A program made the position numbers and the translations under genes. A stretch of DNA of 30,829 nucleotides, taken from contig CADCPP010000141.1 in the NCBI GenBank assembly GCA_902803355.1, forward strand, positions 1 through 30,829, written 5' to 3'. Shown here one piece after another: positions 25,089 to 30,829 of this stretch. Position 1 is the stretch's first letter; every line of letters starts with the position of its first letter. The notes under the pieces were generated by a model, which was not told the origin of the DNA, did no database searches, and saw only the letters and a program-made list of their open reading frames with translations. Origin of the DNA: an uncultured Lachnospiraceae bacterium. GTDB lineage: Bacteria; Bacillota; Clostridia; Lachnospirales; Lachnospiraceae.

Positions 25089-25172
25089 AAAAAAAAGCCG
25101 GGCAGCCGGACGAAACCTTTCTCAGAGGCGAAAAAGCCTCTTCGAAAGCTTTGTCGGGCCTGCCCGGCTTTT
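25089..25172. terminator. Long bidirectional terminator hairpin between convergent genes
   Basis: A8-GCCGGGCAG...CTGCCCGGC-TTTT outer stem with further imperfect pairing in to the AGAGGC-GAAAAA-GCCTCT apex. Confidence 0.75.
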
Positions 25173-25183
25173 CTGTAGTTTTC

Positions 25184-26911
25184 TTACTCAAACTGATCCA
25201 TGAAGGCGTTCAGTTTTTCGATCATCACGCGTTCCTTCTCGTCGGCATCGGCCTTGTCTTTGCCGCAGATACCGCAGTAGAGCTTGATCTTCGGTTCGGT
25301 GCCGGAAGGCCGCACACACACCCAGGCGTCGTCCGTCAGCTCAAAGTACAGCACGTTCGAGGTAGGCAGGGTGGTCACGCCCTTTTCGCCCGTCAGGAAG
25401 TTCTGCGTGGTATGCTCCTGATAATCGCGCAGACCGATGACCGGCAGTCCGCCCATTTCCTTCGGCGCATCCTCTCTCAGCATCTTCATGATGCCCTTGA
25501 TCTTCGCCGCGCCTTCCAGGCCCTTGAAGGTCCGGGAGATGTTGATATCGCGGTAGTAACCGACCTCCTTGTACAGATCCTGCAGCACATCCCACAAGGT
25601 CTTGCCTAACGTCTTATAATAGCAGGCCGCTTCCGCAAGCGCCGTCACCGCCATGATGCCGTCCTTGTCGCGGGCGTAGGTGCCCACCAGGCAGCCATAG
25701 CTTTCTTCAAAACCGAAGAGGAAGTCCATGGAGGCGGTCTCCTCCAGTTCGCGCATCTTGCCGCAGATGTGCTTGAAGCCGGTCAGGGTCTCGTAATAGT
25801 TCACCCCGTATTTGCGCGTAATAGCGCCGGTCATATTCGTGGAGACGATGGTGGAAATGACGGTGCTGTCGGGACGGAGGCCGCGGATCTCCTTTGCGCT
25901 CTCGATCTCATAATTGGCCAGCAGGACGCCCATCATGTTGCCGGTCAGGCGCTGCAGATTGCCCTCGGCATCTCTTACATAAGAGCCGATGCGGTCCGCA
26001 TCCGGGTCGTTCGCAAGCACAAGGTCCGCTCCGACCTTTTCGCCCAGTTCAAGCGCCATCTTCATAGCCTTCGCATCTTCCGGATTCGGATAGCCGACGG
26101 TCGGGAACTCGCCGTCCGGTTCGGACTGTTCGGGCACCGCATACGCGGTAAAGCCCAGTTCCTTCAGCATATGCATGGTGGGCACGAAGCCGGTGCCGTG
26201 CAGCGGCGTATAGGCGACCGTGATGGTCTTTGCTTCCTTCGCGATCACGTCAGGGCGCTTGATCCACTGCTTGACGTTCTCGTAATAGCGTTCGTCCAGG
26301 TCGCTGCCGATATAGCGATACAGTCCCGCAGCCATGGCGTCCTGACGGCTCATGGTCTTCGGCTCGGCATAGTCGGTGATCTTGTTGACCTCGGCGATGA
26401 TCAGTTCATCGTCCGGGACGGTCACCTGCGCGCCGTCCTGCCAGTAGAGCTTGTAGCCGTTATATTCCGGCGGGTTGTGGCTGGCGGTGATGTTGACGCC
26501 CGCGGTGCAGCCCAGGTCACGCACGGCAAAACTCAGCATGGGCGTGGGGTGCAGCACCGGGAAGATATAGACCGGGATCCCGTTCGCGCAGAAGCAGCGA
26601 GCGGTCTCATCGGCAAATTCGGGAGACATGCGGCGGCTGTCATAGGAAATGGCGACCCCCTTCTTCTCCGTACCTTTCTGCAGAATGTAGTTGGCGATGC
26701 CCTGCGTGGCCTTGCGGACCGTATAGACATTCATCCGGTTCGTGCCGGCGCCGATCACGCCGCGCAGACCGCCGGTGCCGAATTCCAGATCGCCGGTAAA
26801 GCGTTCCGCGATCGCCTGCGGATCGTCCTTGATCGCACGCAGTTCTTCCTTAGTCGCCTCGTCGAATGCCGGGCTCGTCAGCCAGTATTCATAGCGTTCC
26901 TGTACCGTCAT
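25184..26911 (-). CDS. Alpha-D-phosphohexomutase (phosphoglucomutase/phosphomannomutase)
   Basis: FGTGGLRG, ITASHNPPEYNG (phospho-Ser), NDPDADR (metal), FGFEESYG (sugar), RPSGTEPKIK. SD GAGGA at 26917-26921 gives start 26911. Confidence 0.93.
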   Translation of the reverse strand: MTVQERYEYWLTSPAFDEATKEELRAIKDDPQAIAERFTGDLEFGTGGLRGVIGAGTNRMNVYTVRKATQGIANYILQKGTEKKGVAISYDSRRMSPEFADETARCFCANGIPVYIFPVLHPTPMLSFAVRDLGCTAGVNITASHNPPEYNGYKLYWQDGAQVTVPDDELIIAEVNKITDYAEPKTMSRQDAMAAGLYRYIGSDLDERYYENVKQWIKRPDVIAKEAKTITVAYTPLHGTGFVPTMHMLKELGFTAYAVPEQSEPDGEFPTVGYPNPEDAKAMKMALELGEKVGADLVLANDPDADRIGSYVRDAEGNLQRLTGNMMGVLLANYEIESAKEIRGLRPDSTVISTIVSTNMTGAITRKYGVNYYETLTGFKHICGKMRELEETASMDFLFGFEESYGCLVGTYARDKDGIMAVTALAEAACYYKTLGKTLWDVLQDLYKEVGYYRDINISRTFKGLEGAAKIKGIMKMLREDAPKEMGGLPVIGLRDYQEHTTQNFLTGEKGVTTLPTSNVLYFELTDDAWVCVRPSGTEPKIKLYCGICGKDKADADEKERVMIEKLNAFMDQFE

Positions 26912-26944
26912 ATTGTTCCTCATTTCCGCGGATGCCCGCATAAT

Positions 26945-28366
26945 TTATAATTGGATCTCCAGCCATTTGCCTTGCTTGACACGGCGGGAGCTTAGGATCA
27001 GTCTCATGCTCTGGTCGATCAGGATGCCCAGCCAGGCGCCGTAGAGCCCAAGGCCTGCGGTATAGCTGAGCAGGTACCCGCCCACCGGACGGATGATGCC
27101 GATGGCGATCAGAGAGATCACAGCCGTATATCTGGTATCGCCTGCCCCGCGCAGACAGCCCGAGCAGATGACCTGCGCCGTCTGCATATAGGTGATGACC
27201 GCCATGATGATCAGGCAGACGCTCCCCATTTCAATGACCTCGGGCGTATCCGTATACAGCCGCATGAGCGGATAGCGGAGCGTGATGAAAAAGACGCTTA
27301 AGAGAAACGCGACCACGGCCACCACTCTCCGGCCGATGCCGCAGTACATATACGCAAGGTCCGGGCGCTTCGCGCCGAGGCTCTGCCCTGCCAGCGATGT
27401 GGCCGCCACCTGAAAGCCGTCGCCGAAGCAGAACGACAGCGTCATCATGTTGGTGCCGATGATATGCGCCGCGTAGGAAAGCGGATCCAGCTTCGCGACG
27501 ATCAGGTTGAAGGTAAAGAAGCCGACGCGCATGACGAGCTGTTCCGCAAGGGCGCTGACGCTCACCTTGAGGACCGGCTGCAGCACCGTCAGGGAAGGCT
27601 TCCAGCCGCCCTCCACATAAATATTCAGGTAATGCTTTCTGATCAGCAGCCGTATCACCGAAATCGAGAAGGCGGCGACGGCGCCCATGAGCGTGGCAAT
27701 GGCCGCGCCCCGGATCTCCAGCCGCGGGAACGGCCCGATCCCGTTGATCAGAAGATAGTTGAAGACGATATTGACCAGGTTGCCGATCAGGTTCGTGGTC
27801 ATGGAGATCCTGGTATTGCCACTGCCCTTCTGCGCCGCGTTGATCACGATATTCATGCCCTGAAAGATCAGGCTGATGCAGATGATCCGGAAATAGATCA
27901 CAGCGTCATCGATATATGAATCGTGCGCGCCGGCAAAGCGCAGGAACGGTTCGGCAAAGCGGCGGCCGAGGGCCGTCAGCACGAGGATCATGACAAGGCC
28001 CAGCAAAAGCGCGTTTCTCAGCACCCTGTTTGCCCCCTCGCGGTCCTCCTGCCCCTTTCTGCGCGCCGCCACGGCAGTCACACCGGTGCTCAGCGCAAAG
28101 ATAAAGCAGAGAATGACGAAACGAGGCTGCTGGGTGATGCCTACGGCATCGATCGCCAGATCGCCCAGGCTGCTCACCATGATGGTATCCACGATCCCGA
28201 CCAGAGCGATCAGCACGGATTCGATCACCGATGGCCCGGCGAGCTTCAGGAAACGCTTGTATAAGTCCCTTGCGGGAGGGATCTCTCCGGCCGGCTCCCG
28301 GCCCTCCAGGAGGGCCTCGCTGCCCAGAAAGCGTCTGATCGTTTCCTTAAAGCTCATCTCCTGCAA
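26945..28366 (-). CDS. MATE family efflux transporter
   Basis: Two-fold repeated hydrophobic architecture, VDTIMVSSLG..AIDAVG, AARRKG, GSGNT, LINGIGPFPRLEIRGAAIAT, GQSLGAKR, LRGAGDT. Start TTG 28366 or ATG 28357. Confidence 0.9.
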   Translation of the reverse strand: MQEMSFKETIRRFLGSEALLEGREPAGEIPPARDLYKRFLKLAGPSVIESVLIALVGIVDTIMVSSLGDLAIDAVGITQQPRFVILCFIFALSTGVTAVAARRKGQEDREGANRVLRNALLLGLVMILVLTALGRRFAEPFLRFAGAHDSYIDDAVIYFRIICISLIFQGMNIVINAAQKGSGNTRISMTTNLIGNLVNIVFNYLLINGIGPFPRLEIRGAAIATLMGAVAAFSISVIRLLIRKHYLNIYVEGGWKPSLTVLQPVLKVSVSALAEQLVMRVGFFTFNLIVAKLDPLSYAAHIIGTNMMTLSFCFGDGFQVAATSLAGQSLGAKRPDLAYMYCGIGRRVVAVVAFLLSVFFITLRYPLMRLYTDTPEVIEMGSVCLIIMAVITYMQTAQVICSGCLRGAGDTRYTAVISLIAIGIIRPVGGYLLSYTAGLGLYGAWLGILIDQSMRLILSSRRVKQGKWLEIQL

Positions 28367-28399
28367 TTTCCTCTCTCTGCCGCAGGGGCATACATGGTC

Positions 28400-28428
28400 A
28401 TTATAACCGTTTCTCCCTCCGCACGCAA
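28400..28428 (-). promoter_or_regulatory. Sigma-A promoter for MATE (and probably the mutase)
   Basis: Minus strand TTGCGT (28428-28423), 17 nt spacer, TATAAT (28405-28400). Confidence 0.75.
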
Positions 28429-28462
28429 GATAAAAATCGGGGAGTCCCTTTTAGGGAAGCAT

Positions 28463-28492
28463 AAAAAACCGCCGCCCGAAGGCAGCGGCTTT
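28463..28492 (-). terminator. Rho-independent terminator of the GH18 gene
   Basis: Minus strand GCCGCTGCC-TTCG-GGCGGCGG followed by T6 (UUCG tetraloop). Confidence 0.85.
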
Positions 28493-28541
28493 GGTTCGCC
28501 GTAAGACGTTTCTTTTTCTCACTGTTTCACGCCTTTGCGTT

Positions 28542-30233
28542 TTACTGGCCACTCTGCACCGTCAGATCAGCCCCGCTGAAGTACTTGCCGAACACTGTCC
28601 AGATATCCGCCGTTTCCATCCCCAGCCGCCAGGCCGCAAGACCTGCCATTTTTGAGGAACGGACTGCGGAAAGTCTGGCAGCCATGGATTCCGCATCTTC
28701 GATCCAGACTCTGGCCTTGATGCCGTCCATGGTGAATTCCGCATATTTCTGCCCCAGTTTTGCGTCCCAGACGGGCGCAGCACCGTATACGCTCAGAATG
28801 TCCTCTGTTGCGTTCATGTTCAGCAGGCTGCTGTCTGGATTGGATCCGGTTCCTTTCCAGAGCCTGGTGAAGAACGGAACGCCCAGGATGACCTTCTTTG
28901 CGGGGACCTGAGCCAGCGTTTTCTCAACGCCTGCCGTAACAAAGTCAAGCGAGGCGGAAGAACCGGCTTCGGATCCCTGGTAATGCTCGTCATATCCCAT
29001 GATGATCAGGTAGTCCGCAAAGATTCCCTGCTCTGTGCGGTCATAGTGAGCCGTCCAGGGTGACGGAACGTAGTTATCGACCGACAGCACCAGACCTCTC
29101 TCATGGCAGGCCAGAGACAGTTCCCGGATAAACTGCACGAATCCCCTTCCCGCGTCTGAAGGGAGACCCTCGATATCCACATTGAGTCCGTCTGCGCCGA
29201 CCGCCGTGACGGCATCCACCAGTCCGCGCACCAGCTTCGTACGCTTTGTGGTCTCATTCATCACTGCTTTCAGCGCGTCCCCGTAGATCTCGTTATCCAT
29301 ATTATTGGCCAGCGCCCATACCTGAAGTCCGCGCGCGTGCGCCTCTTCCACATAGGCTGCGGAGGATGCGTTGTCAAAGCTGCCTTCCCCGTCGATCAGG
29401 AAAAACCACGTCGGCGATACGACCGTAACCCCCTGTGTTCTCGCCATCAGTTCCCCCAGTTTTCCGTTGTCGACATCCCGGTAGGCGATCTGATGCCAGA
29501 CCAGACAAATGTCCTGACGGGTAGAAACCATTTCGTAAGCCGGCGCCTGATAAACATGGTCGAGGATCTGTCTGCCTGCCGTCAGACGGCCTGTTTTGGC
29601 AATATAGCCTTCTATGCCGTCCTCTGTGCAGACGTAATACCATTTTGACTGTTCTTTCAGAAGGTGGACCTTCTCCCCCGCCGTGATGGTCTTCATGATG
29701 GGGCTGGAGACCCTTGCTTCCTGTCTGACGGCATTCTCCTCTTCTGCTGTCAGGATCGTCTGCTCGCCGAAATCCGTCCGGATGACGAGCCGGTCCGGTT
29801 CCGAGTACAGCTTCCAGTACATATCTGTATACTGACCGACGTAGTCCATCAGCACGTAAAGTGCACCTTTGCGTTCCCGGATGACCGCTTTCCCGTTCAT
29901 CATTGTCTTAGTGTCTGCCCTCAGCGTTTCTCCGGGCAGGGTATAGAGCAGCAGTTTTTCGGTTTCATCCAGATAAAACCGTGCGTTGACCGTTAATAAA
30001 TAGGATGCAGAGAGGTAAACGGCTCCTTCCTCGACAAAAGCGTCTTCATGAGAAAGGACGTTATTGGTAATCACGGCAAGAGAGCCGGATCCAGAGGCAA
30101 AATACTGGTCCAGATCGGCTTTGGCTTTGCTTGGCCTTGCTTCCGTAATGACAAAGACAGCCAGCAAAACAGCCACTACGGCAAGGACAGGCCATACAGG
30201 AACTTTTTGAGGGATTTTCTTGCGTGAGACCAT
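28542..30233 (-). CDS. Membrane-anchored GH18 glycosyl hydrolase with an SH3b-like domain (peptidoglycan/spore-cortex or chitinase-like)
   Basis: N-terminal TM, SH3b-like VRQEARVSSPIM...WYYVCTEDGIEGYI, GH18 VVSPTWF, DGLNVDIE (DxxNxDxE with the catalytic Glu), IMGYDEH, LGVPFFTR, AAWRLG. Confidence 0.85.
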   Translation of the reverse strand: MVSRKKIPQKVPVWPVLAVVAVLLAVFVITEARPSKAKADLDQYFASGSGSLAVITNNVLSHEDAFVEEGAVYLSASYLLTVNARFYLDETEKLLLYTLPGETLRADTKTMMNGKAVIRERKGALYVLMDYVGQYTDMYWKLYSEPDRLVIRTDFGEQTILTAEEENAVRQEARVSSPIMKTITAGEKVHLLKEQSKWYYVCTEDGIEGYIAKTGRLTAGRQILDHVYQAPAYEMVSTRQDICLVWHQIAYRDVDNGKLGELMARTQGVTVVSPTWFFLIDGEGSFDNASSAAYVEEAHARGLQVWALANNMDNEIYGDALKAVMNETTKRTKLVRGLVDAVTAVGADGLNVDIEGLPSDAGRGFVQFIRELSLACHERGLVLSVDNYVPSPWTAHYDRTEQGIFADYLIIMGYDEHYQGSEAGSSASLDFVTAGVEKTLAQVPAKKVILGVPFFTRLWKGTGSNPDSSLLNMNATEDILSVYGAAPVWDAKLGQKYAEFTMDGIKARVWIEDAESMAARLSAVRSSKMAGLAAWRLGMETADIWTVFGKYFSGADLTVQSGQ

Positions 30234-30257
30234 CTTTTCTTCTCAACCTCCGCGGAA

Positions 30258-30286
30258 AGTATAGCATTTCCGGGCAGGCTTGTAAA
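30258..30286 (-). promoter_or_regulatory. Sigma-A promoter of the GH18 gene
   Basis: Minus strand TTTACA (30286-30281), 17 nt spacer, TGc-TATACT (30263-30258). Confidence 0.7.
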
Positions 30287-30611
30287 GAAATCCGGCCTGA
30301 TTTCAGCTTCTTTTCCGGCAGTTTTGTTCCGTCATGTTCTGCAGAAGGGTATTACGGGCCGGCTTTCTCCGGAAAGGTTTTCCGGTTATTCCTGCTGCCG
30401 TCTCGGAAGCTGCTGACATATCACCGCATGAAGCCGTTGCTTTTCCCGCGGTCTTTCCTTGCTGAACCATCTTCAGCCTACCGCGTGAGGGCAGCTTTGT
30501 CATGGCACAAGGGCACGTTTTTTGCTGCGTTTTGTTGCCTTTGTTGCACAGATGCGGCAAAACAAGGACAGTCATTCCGTCTTCATCGGCTGCGTCTTTC
30601 CTCTGCGTACG

Positions 30612-30640
30612 AAAAAGACCCCGGAAAAACCGGGGTCTCT
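30612..30640 (-). terminator. Rho-independent terminator of rpmF
   Basis: Minus strand AGACCCCGG-TTTTT-CCGGGGTC followed by T5. Confidence 0.85.
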
Positions 30641-30657
30641 TCGCAAAGTTTTTTGCC

Positions 30658-30829
30658 TCAGGCATCAACTTCAATGATCTGTTTCTTGTTGTAGGAACCG
30701 CATGCCTTGCAGACTTGGTGAGGTACCATCAACGCACCGCATTTGCTGCACTTGACCAATGTAGGATTGCTCATCTTCCAGTTTGCTCTGCGGCTGTCTC
30801 TTCTTGCCTTAGAGGACTTATTCTTGGGA
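30658..30829 (-). CDS. rpmF: 50S ribosomal protein L32 (5'-truncated by the window edge; absent from the ORF track)
   Basis: Manual translation from 30828: PKNKSSKARRDSRRANWKMSNPTLVKCSKCGALMVPHQVCKACGSYNKKQIIEVDA*. Zinc-ribbon (C+) form. Confidence 0.96.
   Translation of the reverse strand, partial: PKNKSSKARRDSRRANWKMSNPTLVKCSKCGALMVPHQVCKACGSYNKKQIIEVDA

Noticed and set aside
23281-25183. Rap/Phr (RRNPP) quorum-sensing cassette
   Set aside because: The TPR protein lacks an HTH, and no small secreted-peptide ORF was found next to it. Only the loose analogy is kept in the findings.
30224-30694. ORFs 30224-30694 (+) and 30303-30674 (-)
   Set aside because: Both cross the rpmF terminator (the plus ORF also crosses the GH18 promoter), lack an SD and have atypical composition.
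1-30829. CRISPR array, prophage, IS element or frameshifted pseudogene
   Set aside because: No regularly spaced repeats, phage or transposase motifs, and all recognised genes have continuous frames with intact motifs.

Overview
Core-genome window from a GC-rich Clostridia-type Firmicute (probably Lachnospiraceae, inferred from the L32 sequence and gene content). In order: tRNA-Gln(UUG) and tRNA-Lys(UUU), then truA. Next is a 20 kb minus-strand block of two tandem oligopeptide-type (family 5) ABC transporter operons: oppABCDF-DUF3899, then oppABC plus a fused oppD/F. A third, separately promoted substrate-binding lipoprotein is coupled to a DUF362 gene, and a small divergent membrane-protein gene lies between the operons. 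After that come a plus-strand run (EEP phosphoesterase, AEC transporter, TPR protein, DUF4037 nucleotidyltransferase-like protein) and minus-strand phospho-sugar mutase, MATE transporter, GH18 hydrolase and the 5'-truncated rpmF, which the ORF track missed. No mobile element, prophage or CRISPR array was seen. The most unusual signals: (i) a DnaJ-type CxxCxGxG zinc-finger pair inserted in an OppB external loop; (ii) an apparently circularly permuted OppA-family protein; (iii) an 'enlarged' Opp system in which OppA, OppC, OppD (~375 aa helical insert) and OppF all carry large insertions; (iv) a coupled TPR + pol-beta-type nucleotidyltransferase pair; (v) a T8A8 palindrome filling the promoter spacer of the large opp operon. 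All product names come from motif recognition by eye; no database search was run.
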